From NCBI GenBank assembly GCA_025061115.1, contig JANZKC010000003.1:199170-263169 (forward strand): a stretch of DNA of 64,000 nucleotides. The letters are read 5' to 3'. The notes beneath the pieces are model-generated. The model searched no databases and was not told where the DNA came from. It worked only from the letters and a program-made list of their open reading frames with translations. Each line of letters opens with the position of its first letter. Within the stretch, counting starts at the first letter, position 1. This DNA comes from Candidatus Culexmicrobium cathedralense. Its GTDB lineage: Archaea > Thermoproteota > Methanomethylicia > Culexarchaeales > Culexmicrobiaceae. The position numbers were made by a program, and so were the translations under genes. Of this stretch, positions 1 through 8,671 are shown piece after piece.

Positions 1-740
1 AATTTTTTCAATTGATCTATTAAGTCGCTTTCTGCACTCTTTATCGCGAACTTTTTAGTCGTCAAACCATGTTTTTCATAAAGATCAGCTAATTTACCAT
101 ATTCAATGAGCATGCCGTTACTCATTATCGCAACGGTGTCACACACCCTCTCCAATTCGTAGAGGATGTGTGAAGAGAGAAGTATATTTATACCGAATGC
201 ACCATGCAATTCCTTCAATTTCTCGAGCATTATAGCCCGGCCATTAATATCCAGATTTGCTGTTGGCTCGTCGAGAATTAAGAGCTCAGGATGACCAATT
301 AAGGCGCATGCTAATGCAAATCTCCTACGCATTCCCATGGAAAGTTTACCAATACATCTATCAGCATGTTCATAGAGATTCACAAATTTAAGCCAAAATT
401 TAACTTCTTCATTAACTCCGCTAACGTTTTTAGCTTTAGCTACAAAGCTTAAATAATCAATGCATGAAACATGCTTCGGGTATGAAAGGTTCTCCGGCAT
501 GTATCCAACAAGCCTAGCTATTTTGCTACTTTCTTTCCACGAATTGAAACCGAGGACGAAGGAGCACCCAATTGTTGGCTTTATAAAGCCCATCAATATT
601 TTGATTAAAGTAGTTTTACCAGAACCATTTGGACCTATTAAGCCTAGAATTCCTTTCTTAAAGGTAAAGGATACATTTGATAAAGCTGATATTTTCCCAA
701 ACTTCTTGGTTACATTTTTAACTTCTATTACCTCTCTCAA
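1..740 (-). CDS. ABC transporter ATP-binding protein (runs off window start)
   Basis: Manual translation from TTG at 740: LREVIEVKNVTKKFG...GPNGSGKTT (Walker A)...LSMGMRRR (signature)...LILDEPT (Walker B). Missing from the ORF track because it is open at the window edge. Confidence 0.9.
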   Translation of the reverse strand, partial: MREVIEVKNVTKKFGKISALSNVSFTFKKGILGLIGPNGSGKTTLIKILMGFIKPTIGCSFVLGFNSWKESSKIARLVGYMPENLSYPKHVSCIDYLSFVAKAKNVSGVNEEVKFWLKFVNLYEHADRCIGKLSMGMRRRFALACALIGHPELLILDEPTANLDINGRAIMLEKLKELHGAFGINILLSSHILYELERVCDTVAIMSNGMLIEYGKLADLYEKHGLTTKKFAIKSAESDLIDQLKK

Positions 741-1499
741 TTATTTAGTCCCCCTAAATAATTTTTTATAAATAAGAGCAAATAAAATAATTGATGCAAT
801 AAGTATGATTATTAATATTAGCATTAAGTTTAAAGGATTGAGGGGCGTGGATAATATTGGTTGAGCATTCCCATAAAGCGAGAAGCCCAAATCAAGATTA
901 GCAATCATGAATATCCCAACTGAATATAGAAGTGCATCAACGATGAAGCCCTCCATGTAAAGAACAAGTAAAGATTTAGAATCATAATAGTAGTTGAATG
1001 CTAATTGTCCCCTTTCAACCTCAAAAGCTGAGGAGATCATCAGGCCGCAAATATCTGTTTTATTTACAACTAACCTTACATCATCCACTACTCTCCCTAC
1101 AAATTTGTATTTTTCAAAGTAAGTTACAATAAAACTCTTATTTTCAATATCATTTCGAGTTAAATAAAAACCAGTTATCCCTATCATCTCACCATTTAGC
1201 TTATAAACTTCTCTTGTTTTAATGTTTAAAAGCACTGATGTGCTGTTAGCATAAATGATTTTTGACGAGTTATAGATTTCAACACTCAAATTCAAAACAT
1301 AAAACGTATTATTAAGCTTCTTCGGAGTTATGACAAATAGTATTTTAAGCAGTGCTTCTTTTGATGCTAATTCTGGTCCTCCAGAACAATATAAGTAGAT
1401 GCCATATGCTTGTCCTTTATAAATTAGTCGAGCATTTAATGGTCTTAATGGTAGGGGCGATGTTATTAGAAAAAATAGGAGAAGTAACTGCACAAACAT
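741..1499 (-). CDS. Secreted protein with C-terminal membrane anchor
   Basis: N-terminal hydrophobic signal; C-terminal TM (LMLILIIILIASIILFALIY) followed by KK; abuts the ABC ATPase. Confidence 0.7.
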   Translation of the reverse strand: MFVQLLLLFFLITSPLPLRPLNARLIYKGQAYGIYLYCSGGPELASKEALLKILFVITPKKLNNTFYVLNLSVEIYNSSKIIYANSTSVLLNIKTREVYKLNGEMIGITGFYLTRNDIENKSFIVTYFEKYKFVGRVVDDVRLVVNKTDICGLMISSAFEVERGQLAFNYYYDSKSLLVLYMEGFIVDALLYSVGIFMIANLDLGFSLYGNAQPILSTPLNPLNLMLILIIILIASIILFALIYKKLFRGTK

Positions 1500-1523
1500 G
1501 TAGTAGACCTCGCTCTTGCTTTG

Positions 1524-1952
1524 CTAGTCATATGTGGCCTTCGTTATTGCTTTAGCATATGCCCACCATTCATTTCCGAGAGCTACATTTCTAAACTTTG
1601 CAGAACGCCATGAATACGCCAATGTTGTACCCATGTAATGTCCTTGATTACCTTCATCGACCACAGCGATACCATAACATGCCCACACTCCAGTATCCCA
1701 GTCGTGAAAGTCATATGAATCATCATTGCCTTCTTCGACAGCACATATGTACGCTTTGACTCCCCAACTGAAAATAATGCAATATCCCCAGTCATGAACT
1801 TCCCATTCATCAATTTCTGGATCTGGATTGCTATCTCCAGAGCTTGTGACAGCAATTGTCTCAATTACATTAACTAGAGCTAATAAGGTTATAAGCACCA
1901 ATATGCTGATGATATGTCTTCTCTTTACAACATTTCCCATTATTATCACCAA
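1524..1952 (-). CDS. Small secreted Trp/Cys/acidic-rich protein
   Basis: KRR + hydrophobic signal peptide, then about 105 aa rich in W, D, G; first gene of the operon. Confidence 0.65.
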   Translation of the reverse strand: MVIIMGNVVKRRHIISILVLITLLALVNVIETIAVTSSGDSNPDPEIDEWEVHDWGYCIIFSWGVKAYICAVEEGNDDSYDFHDWDTGVWACYGIAVVDEGNQGHYMGTTLAYSWRSAKFRNVALGNEWWAYAKAITKATYD

Positions 1953-2108
1953 ATATTCTTTTATTTTTCTAATATATATTGAAAAATTTGGCCCAATTGC
2001 ATGAATTAATAATTAATAGAAAATGAAAGATCATTAAAGCTGGAAATAAAGCGTCTGGCATCATTGTAGAGTTTTGAGATGACACCTAGCTGCCTTTCAA
2101 TTGCTAAT

Positions 2109-2129
2109 ATGTAAACAAAATGTTTATAT
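2109..2129. promoter_or_regulatory. Putative VapBC operator overlapping TATA box
   Basis: ATGTAAACA-AAA-TGTTTATAT imperfect palindrome overlapping TTTATATT, about 30 bp upstream of the antitoxin ATG. Confidence 0.5.
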
Positions 2130-2159
2130 TAACGTAAACAAATCGTATTACTGATCATT

Positions 2160-2384
2160 ATGTCAACTGTAATAAGTATCAGGATAAGAAGCGAAGTTAA
2201 GGAGCTTCTCGAGGAAGCAGGCATCAACATAAATTATGAGGTGAAAAAATTTCTAGAAGATTTAGCTTGGAAAGTGAGGGTAAAGAAGAATTTACTTATG
2301 ATTGACGAATTTTTAAAGAATATGCCGCCTGCTCATAGAGGATTTGCAGTTAAATCAGTGAGGGAAGATCGTGAACGTCGTTGA
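2160..2384 (+). CDS. vapB: VapB-type (RHH) antitoxin
   Basis: MSTVISIRI...L...GININ RHH pattern; C-terminal VREDRE; overlaps the PIN gene. Confidence 0.85.
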   Translation: MSTVISIRIRSEVKELLEEAGININYEVKKFLEDLAWKVRVKKNLLMIDEFLKNMPPAHRGFAVKSVREDRERR

Positions 2385-2769
2385 CTCATCAATTATTGCA
2401 AAGTATATTTTAAGAGAAGAAGGCTGGGAGCAAGTCAGAAAATACCTTGAAGAAGGTGCTTTAACTTTTAAAATCGCAATTAAAGAAGCATTAAATGCTT
2501 TATGGAAGAGAGTTGTGATGAAAGAAATAGAATCAAATTATGCCTTCCAGATCGCTAAAATATTATTAAAGCATCCCATCGTAAAATTCGAGCCTCAAGA
2601 CCCATATTTGCCTGATGCATTTCGCATAGCAACTGCAAGGAAAATAACCGTTTATGATGCGTTATTCATAGCTTTAGCTAAGCGCCATAATTCAAAACTC
2701 ATTACTAGTGATAGAAAGCAAGCAGATGTAGCCGAAATTGAAAATGTAGAAGTTATATATATCCCATAA
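2371..2769 (+). CDS. vapC: VapC PIN-domain toxin
   Basis: VVDSS, E..NALWK, TVYDALFIALA, LITSD PIN motifs. Confidence 0.9.
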   Translation: MNVVDSSIIAKYILREEGWEQVRKYLEEGALTFKIAIKEALNALWKRVVMKEIESNYAFQIAKILLKHPIVKFEPQDPYLPDAFRIATARKITVYDALFIALAKRHNSKLITSDRKQADVAEIENVEVIYIP

Positions 2770-2843
2770 TAAGCTATCAATCGAATAATTCAGCTAATTT
2801 TTATAAGGAATTAAATATATTAAATTTAATTTTGATTCACTCA

Positions 2844-4019
2844 TTATGCTACCTTAATTAATTCATATTGATCACTGCCTATTCCGAGTTTTACTGCTGC
2901 TTCTATCATGCTTTTCCAGTCAGGTCCTCCCTGCGGTTTTGCATAGCTGAATGGCGGGTAGTCTATTAGGGCGGATAGCTTATCTTTCCCTGGTTCCATT
3001 ACTCCGAGTTCGTCGACTGCAGATCCAGGTATACCGGGCGAGTTATTTATCATGTCTATAGACGCCTTGTCGATTGCTACTGGATCTTTAGAGGCCAGTA
3101 CTCCTATGTCAGGAACTATGGGGATGTCTGCGTATGCTGCGCAGTCGCAGTGTGGCGTTATGTCGTAGGCGAAATTGAAGAAGAACACTTTGTCTTTTCC
3201 AATGAGATTTATTATGGCAGACGCTGCATCTGCAACTCTTATTGATAATTCGCTGTTTCTTGGATGGTGCATTTCGCTCCAACTTGTAATTGCATTAATT
3301 GGACATATTGTCCAGCAGCCGCATCCCCAAAGGCATTTCTCTTCTATTACCTTTAAGTGGTTATCCACTAGTTGAATTGCCTTTGCTGGGCAAAATTCTA
3401 CGCATTTCATACACTTATTGCACACTTCAACTTTAATTTTCGGTTTCATCGCCAAGTGTAGTGGAGCCTTTCCAGACTTGGTTAGGCACCCTACACCGAT
3501 ATTCTTCAGTGCACCTCCAAATCCCGTTCTTGAATGCCCCTTGGCATGAGCAAGTGATACCAATGCGTCGGCTTCAGCAATAGCTTGGGCAACCTCAACT
3601 TCCTTAAGTCTTAAACCATTAACTTTCACTTTAACTCCACTAAATCCCTTTAAACCATCGGCTACAACTATTGGAGCTCCTAATGATTCAGGAGTATATC
3701 CATGCATTGCAGCTGCTTCCAAGCACTTTTCAGCTGTACCCCTACCTCCAGTGAGACCAACTCCAGTAGTATCCGTTATGAACGGCTTTGCACCTAACTC
3801 CTTAATCTTATCAACGATGACTCGAATATGACTAGGCCTAATAAAGCGAAAATTGCCCGGCTCGCCGAAATGAATCTTTACTGCAACCAAATCACCTTTA
3901 CTAATAGCGCTTGCCGCACCAGATTTATCAAAAAGTTTAGCCAATTTTACCTCCAAGTTTTCATTCTTCTTCCTCGACTTAACATCGATGAAATAAACTT
4001 TTGAAGCCACGACTATCAC
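2844..4019 (-). CDS. DUF362-family Fe-S protein with ferredoxin domain
   Basis: VAVKIHFGE, HAKGH...GGALKNIG, CxxCxxCxxxCP, HCDC and DIG.LAS.DPVAID motifs. Confidence 0.88.
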   Translation of the reverse strand: MIVVASKVYFIDVKSRKKNENLEVKLAKLFDKSGAASAISKGDLVAVKIHFGEPGNFRFIRPSHIRVIVDKIKELGAKPFITDTTGVGLTGGRGTAEKCLEAAAMHGYTPESLGAPIVVADGLKGFSGVKVKVNGLRLKEVEVAQAIAEADALVSLAHAKGHSRTGFGGALKNIGVGCLTKSGKAPLHLAMKPKIKVEVCNKCMKCVEFCPAKAIQLVDNHLKVIEEKCLWGCGCWTICPINAITSWSEMHHPRNSELSIRVADAASAIINLIGKDKVFFFNFAYDITPHCDCAAYADIPIVPDIGVLASKDPVAIDKASIDMINNSPGIPGSAVDELGVMEPGKDKLSALIDYPPFSYAKPQGGPDWKSMIEAAVKLGIGSDQYELIKVA

Positions 4020-4442
4020 CGCAATACAATATCTCCAACTATCCTATTATAACTACTTACGACTACTTATTAATGGTGTATTAAAACAATTTTATTGTAA
4101 TATACTTTATCGTCAATCGTCGTGATACATTGCTAGATCATTGATTTTAGCAAATATTCATTTAATTATTTCCATTAATTATTTACTGCTTCTTTACACT
4201 AAATTTGAATTATATGTGTAATAATTAGACCATTTTTCTATTACGAAAATAATGCAATATTAAAGATATATTTAGATTAAAATTGAATTAGACGATGTAA
4301 TTAATCTAAGGATTTTTCATTTTCTTACCATCGAAATTTTCTGGTTATTTGACGGTGTGATTTTAGCTGCATTTTTATGTTTGTCAGGTTGAAGGTTGTT
4401 GGTTTTATTCAAGTATTGTCGATTCGTTGTTGTTGATGTTAT

Positions 4443-4458
4443 TACGTCAATTGACGTA
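4443..4458. promoter_or_regulatory. Perfect 16-bp palindrome (candidate operator)
   Basis: TACGTCAATTGACGTA in a 500-bp divergent intergenic region. Confidence 0.4.
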
Positions 4459-4532
4459 TAAACGCTCCATTAAATAATTATTTTGTTAAATTATTCGTAA
4501 AGAGTATATACTATTTTTATGAATAGTTATTA

Positions 4533-6323
4533 ATGTATTATGGGGGGCAAATCGTGGATGAGTTTGATATTTTGATTGAAAATGCAATGATTGTTGATGG
4601 AACTGGCATGCAGAGGTTTGCTGGATATATAGGTGTTAAAGATGAAAAATTAGCATACTTATCAGTTGAAAAGCCTGGGGTAGATGCGAAGCATGTTATT
4701 GATGCTAAAGGGTTAATTGCTTGTCCAGGATTTGTCGATATTCACGGTCACGCTGATGAAACTATTATCCTATATCCTAAAGCGGAGAACTATGTTTTAC
4801 AGGGAGTTACTACTGTTGTTGGTGGTAATTGCGGCTTTTCACCGGCTCCAGTTGGCGATTATTGGTTGATGTCCTTTTGGGAGTTAGATTGGTGGCATGA
4901 GTTAAAGCCATTCAAGTATTATCCGCCGCTAATGCATCCGGTGGAGAAGGTTAATGAGAAGTTGAAGGAGAAGTTTGGCTTTACAATTGATTGGCGTACT
5001 TTCGGTGAATATTTAGATAAAGTTGAGAGTAAAGGCATGTCGATTAATTTGGTGCCGATTGTTGGTCATAATGCTATTAGAGCTGCAGTTATGGGCGAAG
5101 ATTTCAAGAGGAAGGCTAAGCCTGAAGAAATTGAGAAGATGAAGGAGCATGTCAGGGAGGCTATGGAAGCTGGAGCTCATGGTTTGTCCAGTGGCCTCGA
5201 TTATGCTCCAGGCTTTTACGCTGATACTCAAGAGCTAATTGAGCTTGTTAAGGTCGTTAAGGAATATAATGGAATTTATGCTACTCATTGGAGGAGAACT
5301 GGAATTAGAACCGAAACTAGAAGAGAAGTAAATCCTCCTGAGAAAATTAAGGGCATTATCGAGGCAATTGAAATCGGTAGGAAGACTGGTGTTCCAGTTC
5401 AAGTTTCACATATCCTAACTGGATATGTAATCTATCCTCCTCCACCACCTGAATTGCTTGAAGCTGCAGCAAAAGCTACTTTAAAGGTAATTGAAGATGC
5501 GAGGAAAGATGGAGTAGATATTGCATTCGACTTAATTCCAAATACGACTGGCGGAGTATTTTCTGTTCCAAGGCTCATAGCTCTATTAACTCCATGGCTT
5601 AGGGAGGCTGGCTCAGAGGAAAAGTTGATTGAAAACCTAAAGGCTGAGGATTACAGGAGAGAAGTTAAAGAGGCAATTTACGCTGGGAAGTGGTATTCAG
5701 TTAATCCGATAATAAACCCATATTGGATGAATGGAATTGTAATTAGAAAGTGTAAAAATGAAGAATACGTTGGCAAGACTCTTGGCGAGATTGCAAAAAT
5801 TAAAAATGCAGATCCGGTTGACACGCTAATTGACTTGATAATTGAAGATCCTGGAACGCTTATTGAGCCCAAGATTGTGGATGAGCGTGAAGTAGTAACG
5901 TATGTTAAACATCCATTAGCAATGATAGGTATAGACACTTTTGCACTGGACTTTAAGTGGGAAGCTAAGGTGCCTCCATACTACCTTCCTCACCCGAATA
6001 CCTATGGAGCATATCCAAGATGTATCAGGCGATTCGTAAAGGAATTAAAGGTACTTACACTAGAGGAGGCGATAAAAAAGGCGACTTACATGCCAGCGCA
6101 AAGAATGAAATTAAAGGATAGAGGAGCAATCAAAGTAGGTTACTATGCAGATATATTGCTTTTCGACTACAATTCCATAAGCGAGGGAGGAGATTACTTA
6201 ACTCCAAGAAAACCGCCCAAAGGAATAAAATATGTCATCATCAATGGAAAAATAGTTGTAGAGAATGGGAAACATACGGGAGCCAAGCCTGGAAAACTAT
6301 TGAGAAAGAAGGGCAAATCATAA
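4533..6323 (+). CDS. N-acyl-D-amino-acid deacylase (D-aminoacylase)
   Basis: PGFVDIHGH, QGVTTVVGGNCG, GLSSGLDY, PHPNTYGAYPR, ADILLFD motifs. Confidence 0.9.
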   Translation: MYYGGQIVDEFDILIENAMIVDGTGMQRFAGYIGVKDEKLAYLSVEKPGVDAKHVIDAKGLIACPGFVDIHGHADETIILYPKAENYVLQGVTTVVGGNCGFSPAPVGDYWLMSFWELDWWHELKPFKYYPPLMHPVEKVNEKLKEKFGFTIDWRTFGEYLDKVESKGMSINLVPIVGHNAIRAAVMGEDFKRKAKPEEIEKMKEHVREAMEAGAHGLSSGLDYAPGFYADTQELIELVKVVKEYNGIYATHWRRTGIRTETRREVNPPEKIKGIIEAIEIGRKTGVPVQVSHILTGYVIYPPPPPELLEAAAKATLKVIEDARKDGVDIAFDLIPNTTGGVFSVPRLIALLTPWLREAGSEEKLIENLKAEDYRREVKEAIYAGKWYSVNPIINPYWMNGIVIRKCKNEEYVGKTLGEIAKIKNADPVDTLIDLIIEDPGTLIEPKIVDEREVVTYVKHPLAMIGIDTFALDFKWEAKVPPYYLPHPNTYGAYPRCIRRFVKELKVLTLEEAIKKATYMPAQRMKLKDRGAIKVGYYADILLFDYNSISEGGDYLTPRKPPKGIKYVIINGKIVVENGKHTGAKPGKLLRKKGKS

Positions 6324-6354
6324 TTTAAAAATGATTAAACTACATTCTTTTACT

Positions 6355-6747
6355 TTAACAGGTTACGTGTAATATTGCTGCAACCCTCTTTCCTTCATTC
6401 CTAAGCTTATTAATTACTTCAATTACGCGTGGAGTAGTATCGATTATAATTTCTACTCCTCTATCCTTCACTATCTGGACGGCTTCATCTATTATGGGTA
6501 ATGCTCCAAATTGTCCAGAGCCAATAACTATAACCTCGGGGCCCTCATCTAACAACTCTTCAACTTCGGGAGGTGCAAGTGGTGTATGTAACCCTCTCTT
6601 AAAAGGCTTTGAAAGTTCCTTTTTACGCTTGGAAATTTGGCCATCAACGTGAATAACGATATCATGATTATATCTTTTTCCATCAACAATGATATAGCCA
6701 AATCCAGTTTTCTCAAGCATAATTCCACCACAATCTAAATAATACAT
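6355..6747 (-). CDS. Mth938-like (DUF498) protein
   Basis: FG.I.VDG..Y.HD, PEVIVIGSG and terminal H.TC; the true start may be the second Met. Confidence 0.85.
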   Translation of the reverse strand: MYYLDCGGIMLEKTGFGYIIVDGKRYNHDIVIHVDGQISKRKKELSKPFKRGLHTPLAPPEVEELLDEGPEVIVIGSGQFGALPIIDEAVQIVKDRGVEIIIDTTPRVIEVINKLRNEGKRVAAILHVTC

Positions 6748-6791
6748 GGGAGAACAAAACTATTACCACTAAAGTTAGGTGACTGATAAAA

Positions 6792-7304
6792 TTGAAAGCA
6801 GTAATATTTGATATTGATGGCGTAATAGCTGATCCATCGAAGCGCCTTGAAAAATGCTTAAAGGAGCTAGGTGCAACCGATATAAAAAATATGTTTGGAG
6901 CCAAGCGAAGGAAATTTTGGAAAATATTCCTAAGTAGCAAGTATATGCATTTAGACAAGCCTATTGCTGTAAACATTGAGTATATTAGAAAATTGAAGGA
7001 ACAAGGATACTACATCATCCTGCTAACTGGAAGAAGAAAAGATACGCAGGGGCAAGCTACTCTTAAACAGCTGGAGAGGTGGGGCGTTCCATATGATGAG
7101 ATATATTTTAGATATCCAATGGACTTTAGAAAGGATGTAACATATAAGGCAAACATAATTAAGAAATTAAAAAGTAGAGGCTATGAAATAGTTGAGATAT
7201 GGGATGACATGGAGAAGATAGCTCAAAAATTAAAGAAATTGGTGCCGAATGCAAAGGTTGTAGTTTATGATTTTAAAGAAAAAAGAATGTCAATTTTAAT
7301 TTAA
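6792..7304 (+). CDS. HAD-superfamily phosphatase (PNKP-like acid phosphatase)
   Basis: FDIDGVI motif I, LTGR motif II, K and WDD motifs. Confidence 0.85.
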   Translation: MKAVIFDIDGVIADPSKRLEKCLKELGATDIKNMFGAKRRKFWKIFLSSKYMHLDKPIAVNIEYIRKLKEQGYYIILLTGRRKDTQGQATLKQLERWGVPYDEIYFRYPMDFRKDVTYKANIIKKLKSRGYEIVEIWDDMEKIAQKLKKLVPNAKVVVYDFKEKRMSILI

Positions 7305-7314
7305 TATTTTGAAA

Positions 7315-7890
7315 TTACAGTTCCTTCAAATTGTTTGATGATGAAAGTATTAGCAGCATTGAAAGCATGTTGAAATCAATTTCCACCTTGGAGCGCCAGC
7401 CAATCTTTATAATTTGACCATCTTGCTCCAGATAGCCGTATCTGACGAATTTATCTATTATATAGTCAATTCTCCATCGAGGAAGCTTTTCAGCTAATAT
7501 GTCCTCAAGCTCCCGCCTATTAACTGAGCCGCCCCTCGAGTTTATGTAAGCCAAGGAAGCTGCTAGAGCGCCTATATCATCTATTCTCCAGCCAGCTGTT
7601 AATATATCAGTTAATTTAGCTGGATCCCTAAGAGTAACTATGAATAAAGCTTTATCATAATCTTCTATTGAAGCATTTTCAGGATTCACGTCGCCTTGAA
7701 AAACAACTTTAACTTTTAAGCCAAATTTAGCTAACTCTTCATCGAGAAGTTTAATTACATCCAAATATTTTCTGCCTAAAGATCTCTTAAGCTCCCAGCC
7801 CTTTACTCCTGCGCGCCTATGCCTTTGGAGTAAAAGTAGTTGAGCAGCTCTCCTAACTTTGCTAGAATAATCAATTTTCCTTCTGCTCAT
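7315..7890 (-). CDS. ScpB/kite-like tandem winged-helix protein
   Basis: Two wHTH-like halves; last gene of an overlapping operon with kleisin-like and SMC-like genes. Confidence 0.6.
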   Translation of the reverse strand: MSRRKIDYSSKVRRAAQLLLLQRHRRAGVKGWELKRSLGRKYLDVIKLLDEELAKFGLKVKVVFQGDVNPENASIEDYDKALFIVTLRDPAKLTDILTAGWRIDDIGALAASLAYINSRGGSVNRRELEDILAEKLPRWRIDYIIDKFVRYGYLEQDGQIIKIGWRSKVEIDFNMLSMLLILSSSNNLKEL

Positions 7891-8671
7891 TTAAATTAAT
7901 CCTCCTTCTCCATTCATCATAAGTTATTGAAATGGCAATAGATTTATTCTTAGAAACTTGGCTTGAACTACCCTTAGGAATTATAAGGTAGTCTCTCCTT
8001 TTAGGATCGAACTCCAAGGCAATATATCCATATGTGGCGAGAAAGCTAATCATGTACGCCTTTAAGAGGGAGATTTCATAATCGATATTCAAAACGAATT
8101 TCCAATATGAAATAGGTTTACCATTGGAATAGCTTAGAAGCCTTCTCCAAAACTCTTCAATCATATCATTAAATGATCCCTGTAAAGCAAGCTTCTCCTT
8201 TATTAAATCCTCAATTGAGGTCAATTCCACTCCGATGATAGGTGGAGGAAGCCTTCCCCACCTATCTTTTAAGGGTGGAAGATTCAACCAATAATTAATA
8301 GCTGCTTCAATAGCTTTTGGAGATATAGTCCTTATTGATGCTATTGGGTGCCATGCAGAAACGATAATTGAAGCTAACTTCTTTAAACTTAGAGTTTTGA
8401 TTTTCCATTCAATAATCATTGGATCAAAATAGAGCCTAGAAGATCTGCTTTTGACCCAATCTCGCTGCAATTCCACAATTTTAGAAATCCGGTCTATTGC
8501 ATCTAAATCTAAGGCTAAATCTTCAATGGACAATGAATCTTTCAAATAATTCCTTAATTTTGAAAGCAATTCTGGAACGTTAACTTGGAATGGGTCGGAG
8601 CCACGCTTTATGACGTAATCACAAGACTTAACTATCCTCTTAACTGTGCTAATATTCCTCCGCTTACTCAT
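7871..8671 (-). CDS. ScpA/kleisin-like protein
   Basis: N-terminal DPFQVNV..LL kleisin-like motif; C-terminal wHTH-like SFLATYGYIALE; overlaps the SMC stop codon. Confidence 0.6.
   Translation of the reverse strand: MSKRRNISTVKRIVKSCDYVIKRGSDPFQVNVPELLSKLRNYLKDSLSIEDLALDLDAIDRISKIVELQRDWVKSRSSRLYFDPMIIEWKIKTLSLKKLASIIVSAWHPIASIRTISPKAIEAAINYWLNLPPLKDRWGRLPPPIIGVELTSIEDLIKEKLALQGSFNDMIEEFWRRLLSYSNGKPISYWKFVLNIDYEISLLKAYMISFLATYGYIALEFDPKRRDYLIIPKGSSSQVSKNKSIAISITYDEWRRRINLNEQKEN

Noticed and set aside
460-771. 103-aa plus-strand ORF
   Set aside because: Antisense shadow of the ABC ATPase. The same applies to most short track ORFs lying opposite long genes (e.g. 22218..22616, 55803..56102).
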